Part shown: in pieces, positions 55,413 through 64,000 of the stretch
Position numbering within the stretch: position 1 is the stretch's first letter
Layout of the letters: each line of letters opens with the position of its first letter
Source: a virus
Direction: 5' to 3' (one strand)
DNA length: 64,000 nt
IMG/VR virus record: IMGVR_UViG_3300010399_000034
Coordinates: 1-64,000 of that record
Translations under genes and position numbers: made by a program
Notes under the pieces: generated by a model
Databases searched by the model: none
Told to the model about the DNA's origin: nothing
Seen by the model: the letters and a program-made list of their open reading frames with translations, nothing else

Positions 55413-55604
55413 CCCTCGTGTAGCTTCTCGGCGAGCTGCTTACGGAGCTCTGCCTTCTGTCGCGCGTGTTCGACGTCAGCTTTCATCTTCGCCGGAAGAA
55501 CGTCGACCAGATGCCTGGCATTGTCGTCTCCGTTGACGAACGCCGCCACGGCCTTGATCACCCAGCCAGCGATCTCCGCGCCGAGCTCGATCGCCTCTTT
55601 GACT

Positions 55605-56135
55605 TCACTGACCGTCGGATCCGCCATCGTCTTCTCCTGCGTCGTGCGTGCACGACGACTGCGCGAAGCCACCGAGCGCCTGGACGGCGTCCACGAACGT
55701 GTCCGGCAGATCGATCCCGCCAACCTCTTCGATAGTGCTCACGACGTCGCTCAGCGCGGTCAGCGCGCACGCCGCAGCAGAATAGAAGGTGAGCTCGGCG
55801 TCGTTCACGCCTGCCTTCCATTCATCGAGGGCACGCTCGACGGCGAGAAGAAGGCCACGAGCGACCCGCACGACGCGCCGTGCCCGGTTGGTCGGCGTCA
55901 TCAGCTCTTCGAAGCGGGCGAGCCCCTGCTCGATCGTGGTGATCGTGCCGGCGTCGACCTCGCGGATGACCTGCTCGCGCGCCTCGGGCCCGCGCACCTC
56001 TATCTGGTGCGCGATCCCCTCGTCGGCCACGTTGAGGCCTTCGCCGAGCTGTTCGAGGACCGTGCGCGCTCCGGCCGGCGGACCCCCGCAGCTCGCGAGC
56101 AGAAGGAGCACGGCGCTGACATTACTGCTTTTCAT
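55605..56135 (-). CDS. Lipoprotein (possible lysis accessory)
   Basis: VLLLLASC lipobox; helical. Confidence 0.6.
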   Translation of the reverse strand: MKSSNVSAVLLLLASCGGPPAGARTVLEQLGEGLNVADEGIAHQIEVRGPEAREQVIREVDAGTITTIEQGLARFEELMTPTNRARRVVRVARGLLLAVERALDEWKAGVNDAELTFYSAAACALTALSDVVSTIEEVGGIDLPDTFVDAVQALGGFAQSSCTHDAGEDDGGSDGQ

Positions 56136-56419
56136 CGGGGGTCCCTCTCCTCTTGCTTCACGACCGGAGCCAACGCGGGCGAGCGCGCGATGCCGTGTGG
56201 CACGAACAGCTTAGCGATCTCGAAGACCGCGACGACGCCGTCCAGAAACCGCACGAGCTTATCGTCGGCCTGGGTCGACGTCTTCTTCGCACGCTCCTTG
56301 ATCGTGGTCTCGTTGAGGCGGTAGACGCCAACGAACGCGGTCAGCGTGCCGAAGATGGCCCAGCCCGTCTCTGCCGGATGCGCGAACACCCAGGCCCATG
56401 CCGTTGCGAGAAAGCCCAT
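56132..56419 (-). CDS. Holin-like membrane protein
   Basis: Small, N-terminal TM, T.TQADDK..motif; next to lipoprotein. Confidence 0.5.
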   Translation of the reverse strand: MGFLATAWAWVFAHPAETGWAIFGTLTAFVGVYRLNETTIKERAKKTSTQADDKLVRFLDGVVAVFEIAKLFVPHGIARSPALAPVVKQEERDPR

Positions 56420-56601
56420 ACGCCCTCAAGCAGAGAATACCGCCGAGGATGTAGGTGCGGCAACTACACCGCTCTACATGGTCCGCCAGCAACAAAGACA
56501 GCGATCTCTACCGCCCTCGGTGACCGCCTGTCTGCCACGGAGATAGCGGTCCGGCACGAAGCAGTAGATGTGCCCGAGGATGAAGCAAGTCGCGCGGACT
56601 G

Positions 56602-57015
56602 TCACTCTTCGTCCTTCTTTCCGCCCTCGAGCACCTTGAAGCCGGCGCGTCGTTCTTCCGCTGCAAGAGCAGGCGGCGCCGACTTGGCGAGCTCCGCCTT
56701 CCACGGCCACTGAACGATCATCGTGTCGGTCGCGTGCTGCGACAGCACGTCGATCGTGCTCATCGCGACGACGGCCGACCACGGAACGACGCAATGGAAC
56801 GGCGTGCGGTCGAACGAAAGCGTCCCAGAGAAGCCCTCGCTGTTGAAGATGAGATCTGGGATCGGGATCGCGAGGTGTCGCCCGAGATGAACGAAAAGGA
56901 TCTCGCCTTGCAAGTGTGAAGGAAGACGTACGCCGTGTCCGCGCAGCAAGATCCAGATCTTGAAGACGAGCTCGGTGTCGAGCAGCTCCTCGAAGACTTT
57001 CTTCTTGGCGAGCAT
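56602..57015 (-). CDS. sspB: ClpXP specificity factor SspB-like protein
   Basis: GVRLPSHL...PIPDL...GFSGTLSFDRTPFHCVVPWSAV; C-terminal FKVLEGGK. Confidence 0.7.
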   Translation of the reverse strand: MLAKKKVFEELLDTELVFKIWILLRGHGVRLPSHLQGEILFVHLGRHLAIPIPDLIFNSEGFSGTLSFDRTPFHCVVPWSAVVAMSTIDVLSQHATDTMIVQWPWKAELAKSAPPALAAEERRAGFKVLEGGKKDEE

Positions 57016-57398
57016 CAGCCCCTCGTTCGCTTTCGGCTGCGGCGCCCCCGGCCGGAGAGCCCTTCGAGGACTTCCCCCTCGACGACGTCTGCGCCTGGTG
57101 CAGGAAGCGCGCGAGTCGGCGGCTCGACAGCGACGCCCGCATCGGAAGAACCACCGAGCAGCTCCTCGACTAGGATCTCACGCACGCGTCGCCTGATGCG
57201 CTGCATCTTCTCTTGAAGCATGGCTTGGAACGCCGCGATCTCTTCTCCGATCGCAGCCTCCAACGCTGGCGTCTCGACGGCACGTTGCAAGATGAAGCGG
57301 ATCGTCTGCGACCGCTGATAGCCACGACTCGCGCCGAGCTGATCGATCTTAGCGATGAGCTCATCCGGAACGCGAATGCTGATTTTGTGGTCCGCCAT
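57015..57398 (-). CDS. Ribbon-helix-helix (CopG/Arc-like) regulator
   Basis: KISIRVPDELIAKID...RSQTIRFIL. Confidence 0.75.
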   Translation of the reverse strand: MADHKISIRVPDELIAKIDQLGASRGYQRSQTIRFILQRAVETPALEAAIGEEIAAFQAMLQEKMQRIRRRVREILVEELLGGSSDAGVAVEPPTRALPAPGADVVEGEVLEGLSGRGRRSRKRTRG

Positions 57399-57431
57399 GT
57401 CCTACGAGGTTACGTCATGCGAATGCGTCCG

Positions 57432-57683
57432 TCACCACGACTCGACACGCACGAAACGCGGCACCGTGTGTCCGTCGATGTCGCGAACGTTTTCGAAGAA
57501 CTCACCCGCGCTGCGTATTCGCATTCGATCATCGTCTGCGCTTTGGATCGACTCGTACACAATGAACTCGATAGCACCGTCGGCCACGCCGGCAGCACTG
57601 CCATGCACAGCAACGCCGTGAATGAAGTAAACGCCTCCCTTCCAATGCCGATAGAAGCCACGGACCTCGGAGCTCATCATCAC
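57432..57683 (-). CDS. DUF1653-like protein
   Basis: GFYRHWKGGVY...IVYE...IRSAGEF. Confidence 0.7.
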   Translation of the reverse strand: MMMSSEVRGFYRHWKGGVYFIHGVAVHGSAAGVADGAIEFIVYESIQSADDDRMRIRSAGEFFENVRDIDGHTVPRFVRVESW

Positions 57684-58090
57684 TCGTTCTCCGGCTTGCG
57701 GTTCTCGGATCGTTCGACCGTGAAATGACCCTCCGGATATCTGGCTTTCAACTTCGCGACGTTCCGCTCGGCGATCTCGCTGAGCTTGATCCCAAGCCCA
57801 GTCGCGCCTTCAGCGAGGTACCAGAGGAGATCGCCGTACTCCTTGATCAGATACTCGCGGTCGAGGTGCTTGCCGTGAAAGCGGATGTGTTTCACGTGTT
57901 CCATGATCTCGCCCGCCTCCGACGCGATGCCGCAGGCGCTGTGGTCGATGCGAACAAACTCCTCCGTAATGACGGCGTGTGCATCGAGAATCGGATCTAT
58001 AAAAGGCGGATCTACGACCCTCGTGTCAGCAGCCACGTTTCGCACCGACGACGTCGTTGCAGCCCAGGCCTGATATTCGTCGAACGTCAT
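57680..58090 (-). CDS. MazG-like nucleotide pyrophosphohydrolase
   Basis: MTFDEYQ..A..T, GIASEAGE, KEYGDLLWY, NVAKLKARYP. Confidence 0.85.
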   Translation of the reverse strand: MTFDEYQAWAATTSSVRNVAADTRVVDPPFIDPILDAHAVITEEFVRIDHSACGIASEAGEIMEHVKHIRFHGKHLDREYLIKEYGDLLWYLAEGATGLGIKLSEIAERNVAKLKARYPEGHFTVERSENRKPENE

Positions 58091-59026
58091 GCTGCTGACT
58101 CCTTCGCTTTCAACTCGCGTACGGCAGCCTCGATCTTGCCGCACCACATGTTCATCTGCCAGACGAGCCCGCCGATCGAGTCGCTAGTCGTCCCCTCGAA
58201 GCCGAGCTTCAGGAGATGCTTGCACGCGCCCTCGAGCGTGCTGTGATACGGCGCCTTCGCCGGCCGCCACTGCGACAGCTCGTTTCGCTCTTTGATGAAC
58301 GCGCGCATGACGACGGTGAAGTTGTAGCCGTCGCAGTCGACCCCGTAGACCGACCCGCTCGGATGTTGAATCTGGAAGAGCAGGCTCATGGCGACTGCTT
58401 ATCTTTCGCGTCGAGTACCAACAGCACGCGCTTCTCCGCAGGGATGAGATCCATGATCTCTTCGAAGGTCGGCGCCGGCTGCTCGCCGAGAAGCTCGCGG
58501 CAGAGACCGTCGTAGTTGAGTGCGAACTCGTGCGTGAACACCGGACGTTCGAGCGCCTTTTCCATCGCTTCGTGGAAGACGGCGAACGGCATGCAGAGAC
58601 GATCCTCGAAGAGCTGAAACATCGCGAGCTCACGAGGCGGCTTCCCCTCCCACCACTTCGAGTCGCACAACGCGATAGCCTGTTCTCGGGTCAACTGAGA
58701 TTCTTTGGGACCTGACATTATGCACCTCCTTGAAAGAGCCCAGCGCCACGCAGCTTGCGTCGGACGTGAGCGGCCGCGTACTCAGAGCAACACCTTGCGC
58801 AGATCGTTTTTCCATCGGCTGCCGGACGACTGCCGCACGCCTGGCACCGGCCCTCGAACTTCATCTTCGCGCGCCAAACGCGCTTCTGTGCAGGCTCGCT
58901 CGGCGAACGCTTACGCTTTGGTTTGTGCGCAAAGTGCCACCAGCAATGGTGGTTTCCGCGCCCGCTGATCTTCGGACTCTTGCAGCCGTCAACGCGGCAC
59001 GGCACCGAGTGCTTTTGACCGCTCAC
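58087..59026 (-). other. Three small coupled hypothetical genes (58087-58389, 58386-58718, 58718-59026)
   Basis: Overlapping start/stop junctions; 58718-59026 is Cys-rich. Confidence 0.55.
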
Positions 59027-59063
59027 GCGCTCTCGCTTTCTGCGACCTCGGGACGGATCATTG

Positions 59064-59537
59064 TCATCGCTGCTCCTTCAACTGTTGAATGCGGCGCTCG
59101 AGATACCACGCAGCTTTTCGTAAATCTTCGATCTCCTTCGTTGGATCCTTCTTCCCAGCGCGAGAGATGTACTTCACTGCATTGCCGAGACAGAAGTCGA
59201 GCTTCCACGCCTCGATCACTTTGATCGCTTCGTACGTCGTGTCGCCGCCGTAGTACGAAGGGTGATCTACGTCGGAACACGCGACGAACTTGTTGAGCTT
59301 CACGAGTCTTGCATGCTCGTTGACCCCATCCAAGATGGTGTCGAAGTTCCCAGCCCAGGCGCCGTCTTTGCGTCTGATGAAAAACGACACGCGATCCACA
59401 TGCGAGACCCGGCGGAACTCAAGCTCCGGTTCTCCGCGTACTGCTGCATACTCGAGCCACGGGCAATCACTTGTGTGCGCGCAGCAGCCTTCCACGTAAG
59501 GCGCGCCACAGTCTACACAACGCTTCTTCTCCGACAT
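59064..59537 (-). CDS. DUF3310-domain protein with N-terminal Zn finger
   Basis: VDHPSYY...FCLGNAVKYISRAGKK...EDLRKAAWYL. Confidence 0.8.
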   Translation of the reverse strand: MSEKKRCVDCGAPYVEGCCAHTSDCPWLEYAAVRGEPELEFRRVSHVDRVSFFIRRKDGAWAGNFDTILDGVNEHARLVKLNKFVACSDVDHPSYYGGDTTYEAIKVIEAWKLDFCLGNAVKYISRAGKKDPTKEIEDLRKAAWYLERRIQQLKEQR

Positions 59538-59676
59538 GCGCGTCTCCTGCTGATCCACCAGATCGTCGATCCATTGAATGCGTCGCTGAATCATCGTTGC
59601 GAACCTAACCTTGGATTGGCGTGCAGAGCACCGCAATGCCCCGCCTTACCCCGCAGCGCAAAGCCGCACAAAGTCC

Positions 59677-62526
59677 TCACACCGAATACCAGTCATCGCC
59701 GATCTTGGCGACGGCAGGAAATGGCATCGCATCTGCCCCAGGAACCAATGTTAGCTTCTGCGACATACAACGCTCGAGGAGCGCCGCGACCTTGTCGGCT
59801 TTGTGCTCGTCGCATTCAACGTAGATCGCGTCGTGGACCTGCGCGATGATGATCGCAGTCGGGTCGACGCTCGGAAGTTGATGCGCAAGTTCGAGCATCG
59901 AGAGGTTCATCATCGATGCGACCGTTGAGTTCTTGCTGATGATTCCTGCACTGTCGTAGCGGTGGAGGTCGTGCTGGACAGCAAGCGTGTACAAGTCTGC
60001 GCTTTCCTCGAGCTGACACACTGCCGCAACGGTCCCGGTCGAATAGAGCTCAGCGTCGCGCCAGTCACCAGCAGCCTCCGTCATACGCTGAAGCGTGTGC
60101 GGGTTCGTTGTACCGCCGTGCGCCAACCGAGACCAAAGCACGTACATGCTCCGCTCCGTGGCGTACGAGAACGGGTTTCGTGGGTAGGTTTCAAGAAACC
60201 GATCACGCGCGGCACGACCAAGACGATCATCACGACTGAAACGTTGTCGATCCGTTGGATCGCCGTAAGCGAGCTGGCTCCGCAGCAGGGAGCCAGCGAA
60301 GTTCAGCCGCCACGCCATGTGTCCATCGCGATCGGAGACATACGGTCCGTCGATACGCGAGGTCACGCCGCAACTTCGTGCGAGCAGTTGCAGGTCACGA
60401 AGCAGCTCTAGGTTCGGCGTGTTGGAAGACGGCTGCCCCATAGACAGCGTTCCGTCAGCGTCCATGTAGCCGAGAAGGAACGCTTTTCGCGCCGACAAGC
60501 AAGCACGCCAGATCGAATCTGGTACGCGTTTCGTCTTGGCACGCCAAGTCGGGTCAACCCCCCAGGAGGGGAGAAGCTGTCGAAGGCGACTATCTGCGGC
60601 CACGCTGATTGCCGTCAATGGTCCGTGAACCTGGGCCTTCCAGAGGCCGCCGTATTGTATCGCCCAGCGTGTAAAGGACGCAGCGTACTCGTCATGCGCG
60701 AAGCGTTTTACACGTGTACCGAAGCACCACACAAGTTGGTCTGTGGAGCCGGTTCGTTGCGACCACGACCCGTTTCCGATCCAATACCCGAGCCAGTACG
60801 CGTCGGCGTCATTGAAAGGGGCACCGAACTCCTGCGCTGAGGCAAGCGGCTGCGCAATACGGTCGCCTTCACGTAACTCTCCAACAGCGCGCCATTCGAA
60901 CTCGATTCCGTCGTCACGAAGCACGCGAAGATAGTGTTCTTCGTTCGTCTGAAGTACATGCCCGTTGGTGAGCTTCGTCTCCCATAGTTGCTCAGTCCGC
61001 TTTCCAAGCGTCATCGATGGAGCCCATTGATTTGGCGCGCCGAGCGACGCGGAGCACGTCGCATGTTCCACCGGGAGATAGCCTTCTGTTGTAAGAACGC
61101 GCGTCCCGCCTCGAACGCACTGCATCTTGTAGTTGTATACAACTGTCGCATCGATCAAGAGAAGCGGGAACTCGCGACGACGACCGATGAGCGCGTCGGT
61201 GACACGGCCAGTTCGCTTGGCTTCAGTGAGCTCGCGCTCGCGCCACGGCCGCACCGACGGGAACGCTTTGAAGATCGCGGCGAGGATCGTCTCGACCGTC
61301 GCGATGTCGATCGGCATGCCCTCGTAGCCGCCGTCGTAGATGGAGTTGAGGATCGTCTCCGACCCAGCGCCGTAGAAGCTGCCGTAGATGACGCGCTTCT
61401 CGAGATCGCGCAGCGCTGACCGCGTCTTGTCGTCGGCCTTGAGGTAGCCGTCCTTGAACGCGATCGCGCTCACGTACGCGTGTGGGTCGCAGTCGGGCTC
61501 GTACTTGCGCGCTTCGTCAGCGTTGACGCAGAGCGAGATGAGCTTCTCGTCGCCGCAGAGCGCACCGAGCACGCGAAGCTCAGCCTGTCCGAGGTCGGCG
61601 CCGACGATCTTGCGGCCCGGCGGCGCGACGATGCACTCGCGGATGCCGGGCACCTCGAGCGTGATCTTCCCTGGCTTCGCCTTCGCGAGGAAGATCTCGT
61701 CGCCAGGAAAGAGCGGAAGCTGCCATGGACCGCCGTGCGGTCGGCCCTTGCTGTCGAGTGCCTCGAAGATCGCAAGCATGAGAAGGATGCGCTTCCCCCA
61801 GTTCATTAGGTTCGGCTCGCTGCTCCATCTCCCGGTCCTCGCACCGAGCGGCTTCCAACGCACGCGGATGCGCCAGTCCTGCGAGACCGGCATCCCCTCG
61901 ATGTACGTCGACTTGATCTTCTCCCAGCGACGATAGTCAAGGAGCAGATCGACGAACGGATGACCCTTGTAAGAGAGCAACGACGATTTATCTGTCGATG
62001 GCTGCCCTTGTGGATGCGTCTTGCTCGGGTCGGTGTACTTCATCGGAAGCAGCCGACACGGCCCGTTCTTGTCGTAGAGCGCCCACGCGAGCTGCGGAGG
62101 ACTCGTAGGGCTAAAGTCTGGCCGACCCGTGAATGCACGCAGGAGCTCGACCGAACGCGCCATGTAGAAATCAGAACGCTGCGACCAGCGGATCCACCGT
62201 TCTCGACTCACTGGCAAGCCGGCGCGCTCGACGTCCTTCGCGACGTGGAACATCCCGACGTCGAGGTCATGGACGAAGCGTGCGTTCTCTGCTTCGAGCT
62301 CGGTGAGCTGCGAGAGCATGGAGAGCGTCGTATTGTAAACGTCGCGACCGTTGTAAGCGAAGAGCTGCTCGTTCGACTCCCAGACCTGCTGCCCGCCCTT
62401 CTCCTTCGGCGGCTTCCACGGCGGCGTGTCGGTGTAGCAGCCGGCGATGTGTTGCAAGCGATGAGGCTCGTCGGGATGAACGGCGTTGTGCGCGATCTCG
62501 GTGTCGTAGACGTAGCCGCGAGTCAT
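59677..62526 (-). CDS. polA: Family A DNA polymerase (C-terminal exonuclease half plus polymerase) containing an intein
   Basis: RTGRWSSEPNL, motif A ADLGQAELR, motif B R..EK..IYG..YG, motif C QVHDAI. Confidence 0.9.
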   Translation of the reverse strand: MTRGYVYDTEIAHNAVHPDEPHRLQHIAGCYTDTPPWKPPKEKGGQQVWESNEQLFAYNGRDVYNTTLSMLSQLTELEAENARFVHDLDVGMFHVAKDVERAGLPVSRERWIRWSQRSDFYMARSVELLRAFTGRPDFSPTSPPQLAWALYDKNGPCRLLPMKYTDPSKTHPQGQPSTDKSSLLSYKGHPFVDLLLDYRRWEKIKSTYIEGMPVSQDWRIRVRWKPLGARTGRWSSEPNLMNWGKRILLMLAIFEALDSKGRPHGGPWQLPLFPGDEIFLAKAKPGKITLEVPGIRECIVAPPGRKIVGADLGQAELRVLGALCGDEKLISLCVNADEARKYEPDCDPHAYVSAIAFKDGYLKADDKTRSALRDLEKRVIYGSFYGAGSETILNSIYDGGYEGMPIDIATVETILAAIFKAFPSVRPWRERELTEAKRTGRVTDALIGRRREFPLLLIDATVVYNYKMQCVRGGTRVLTTEGYLPVEHATCSASLGAPNQWAPSMTLGKRTEQLWETKLTNGHVLQTNEEHYLRVLRDDGIEFEWRAVGELREGDRIAQPLASAQEFGAPFNDADAYWLGYWIGNGSWSQRTGSTDQLVWCFGTRVKRFAHDEYAASFTRWAIQYGGLWKAQVHGPLTAISVAADSRLRQLLPSWGVDPTWRAKTKRVPDSIWRACLSARKAFLLGYMDADGTLSMGQPSSNTPNLELLRDLQLLARSCGVTSRIDGPYVSDRDGHMAWRLNFAGSLLRSQLAYGDPTDRQRFSRDDRLGRAARDRFLETYPRNPFSYATERSMYVLWSRLAHGGTTNPHTLQRMTEAAGDWRDAELYSTGTVAAVCQLEESADLYTLAVQHDLHRYDSAGIISKNSTVASMMNLSMLELAHQLPSVDPTAIIIAQVHDAIYVECDEHKADKVAALLERCMSQKLTLVPGADAMPFPAVAKIGDDWYSV
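59929..61119 (-). mobile_element. Intein with LAGLIDADG homing endonuclease in the DNA polymerase
   Basis: ...YKMQ|CVRGGTRVLTTEG...GIISKN|STV; AYWLGYWIGNG and AFLLGYMDADG; 397 aa. Confidence 0.9.
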
Positions 62527-63983
62527 GCGACACCCCACACGCTCTGTATGACCTGCGTGTCGTAAATCCCGTTTTGAAAACACTTCTTGAAGCGCTCGTC
62601 TTGCAACCAGCGAACGACTGTCTCGAGCAGCGGATCACCGCGCTTCATCCCGATCGTGTTGAGAACGACGGCCGCTTCGCGTTGCGTCCAGTCGACTGTC
62701 GGTCGTCCCTTGTGCAGCCCGATGCAACGAATCTCCGTGACGGTCCACGGATCCTTCGAGTCGGTCTCGATGTCGACCGACGTGAAGAGTGGCGGCGTTT
62801 CATCGCCGAAGAGGTAGCGTTCCAGAAACTCGAGTGAAGCCTTGTAAGCTTCGGTCTTGACCAACGGCGCCTGATACTCCTGACCCGTACGAGCGAGCTC
62901 CGCCTCGAGCCCACACTCCATGTGATCGGGAAGAACGATGTACTGGTACTCCCACTTCGCATCTTCGGTCAGGAGCCGTTGCGCCTTGCGCAGATGTGCG
63001 AGCGACGCGTTGATCATGAACTGCCCGGCGGCCGTCTTCTTCTCCTTGCCGTCTGGCTGCCGTAGAAGGAACGCTGGGTGGTACGTCGGGATCACGTACG
63101 CGCACGGGAGATCCACGCGCGCGAACTCGTCCATCTTCGCGTAGTCGGGCGCGTGCCGACCACGATAGAGCGCGCCTGCTGACGCCATCAGCTTGTGCTG
63201 CGTCTTCCAGAGCTGAAGCTCGACCTGCTGTGTCTTGCGCCCAGCACACGTCGGACAGCGCTTCTTGCGCTTCTCGATCGTAACGGTGTCGTATCGGTGA
63301 CTCCATGCCGGAGCCATTGTCCCGCCGCCCTCGATACGGTCTTCATTCAACGCGCGATCGCTCACGAGGCCAGCGCAGACAAAGTCAGACAGGCCAGCCG
63401 CGCGAGCAGAGACCTGCTGTCCGCACCACGCGTCCCAACCCGGCGGAAGAAGCTGTTCGCTCTTACACTGCGCGCACTTCCACCACGCGAGCGTCATCTC
63501 GCCATTGCACTGCGGGCAGTTGAGGGGCTTGCCGGCAGAGTCCTTGAAGAGCGGAACGCGCGCCGTCTTGGCGACGAAGCGTCCGGTAAGCGCGGAGAGC
63601 GCGCCAGCTCCGAGCGCGACGATGACGCGCGGCTGAAGCATCTCGATCTCGGCGAGAAGGCGAGGACGACACTTCGGGATCGCCGCTTCGACTTGGTCGT
63701 CCTTCGTACCATGCTCAGGGAGGCAAAGCTCAGCGTTGGAAACGTAACAATGTCGTCGCTCTATACCAACCATCGAAAGGAGCTTGTCGAGCAGACTGCC
63801 GGAGCGGCCAACGAAGGGCACTTTGAGTTGTGCCTCCTGGAGACCTGGTCCTTCGCCGACGAGCATCAGCCCGTTGAACTCGTCAGGGCGCTGCGAAAGG
63901 CAGATCGTACGATCGCGCCGACCGACGAGCGGACAGCCCGCACAATCAGCGATCCGATGGTCGTACACGTACTGATACGCCAT
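62523..63983 (-). CDS. Uracil-DNA glycosylase family 4-like domain with Zn-ribbon insertion fused to N-terminal half of 3'-5' exonuclease
   Basis: CAGC, LVGEGPG..E....PFVGRSG, PTYHPAFLLR; then VDIETD (ExoI) and FQNGIYD (ExoII). Confidence 0.85.
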   Translation of the reverse strand: MAYQYVYDHRIADCAGCPLVGRRDRTICLSQRPDEFNGLMLVGEGPGLQEAQLKVPFVGRSGSLLDKLLSMVGIERRHCYVSNAELCLPEHGTKDDQVEAAIPKCRPRLLAEIEMLQPRVIVALGAGALSALTGRFVAKTARVPLFKDSAGKPLNCPQCNGEMTLAWWKCAQCKSEQLLPPGWDAWCGQQVSARAAGLSDFVCAGLVSDRALNEDRIEGGGTMAPAWSHRYDTVTIEKRKKRCPTCAGRKTQQVELQLWKTQHKLMASAGALYRGRHAPDYAKMDEFARVDLPCAYVIPTYHPAFLLRQPDGKEKKTAAGQFMINASLAHLRKAQRLLTEDAKWEYQYIVLPDHMECGLEAELARTGQEYQAPLVKTEAYKASLEFLERYLFGDETPPLFTSVDIETDSKDPWTVTEIRCIGLHKGRPTVDWTQREAAVVLNTIGMKRGDPLLETVVRWLQDERFKKCFQNGIYDTQVIQSVWGVA

Positions 63984-64000
63984 CCGCCGCAGCGGAACGA

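Larger units (their letters stand above)
1..64000. mobile_element. Bacteriophage/provirus genome segment, probably a tailless membrane-containing (jelly-roll capsid) virus
   Basis: Dense overlapping operons (ATGA/TGATG junctions), phage-type PolA/UDG, DUF3310, MazG, ParB, tyrosine recombinase and many small hypotheticals; no housekeeping operons; no head-tail genes seen. Confidence 0.85.

Noticed and set aside
59600-59680. Weak 5-nt periodic stretch downstream of the polymerase
   Set aside because: Too short and degenerate to call a repeat or functional element
1-64000. Packaging ATPase, maturation protease, terminase, portal, primase/helicase
   Set aside because: No Walker A/B or clan CE catalytic pattern recognised in any credible ORF; these may lie outside the window, so the virus-type call remains an inference

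Overview
The window reads as ~64 kb from inside the genome of a GC-rich bacterial virus or provirus; neither end is a genome end. No terminase, portal, HK97 capsid or tail genes are visible. The left arm (1-18.7 kb, +) looks like the morphogenesis module of a tailless, membrane-containing virus (inference from sequence patterns). It holds many proteins with C-terminal membrane anchors, a cluster of Cys-containing protamine-like K/R-rich proteins, three paralogous single-jelly-roll-like proteins, two internally duplicated double-jelly-roll-like proteins, a penton-like protein and a beta-helix spike. Many of these proteins carry a recurrent hydrophobic-x-G-L-G motif resembling adenovirus protease sites. 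A sugar-modification cluster follows (18.9-29.4 kb: glycosyltransferases, WecB/WecC-like enzymes, four methyltransferases, radical SAM). The middle is a divergent early region driven by back-to-back sigma54-like promoters at ~42.3-42.5 kb. It contains ParB, a tyrosine recombinase, five copies of a covarying intergenic hairpin and two non-canonical tRNA-like elements. The right arm (-) carries cell-wall enzymes, a di-heme cytochrome c protein, macrodomain, SspB-like, MazG-like, and a split UDG/exonuclease plus family A DNA polymerase with an intein. Several accessory genes resemble myxobacterial proteins, which suggests a Myxococcota host (inference). All family calls come from motif recognition by eye; no searches were run.
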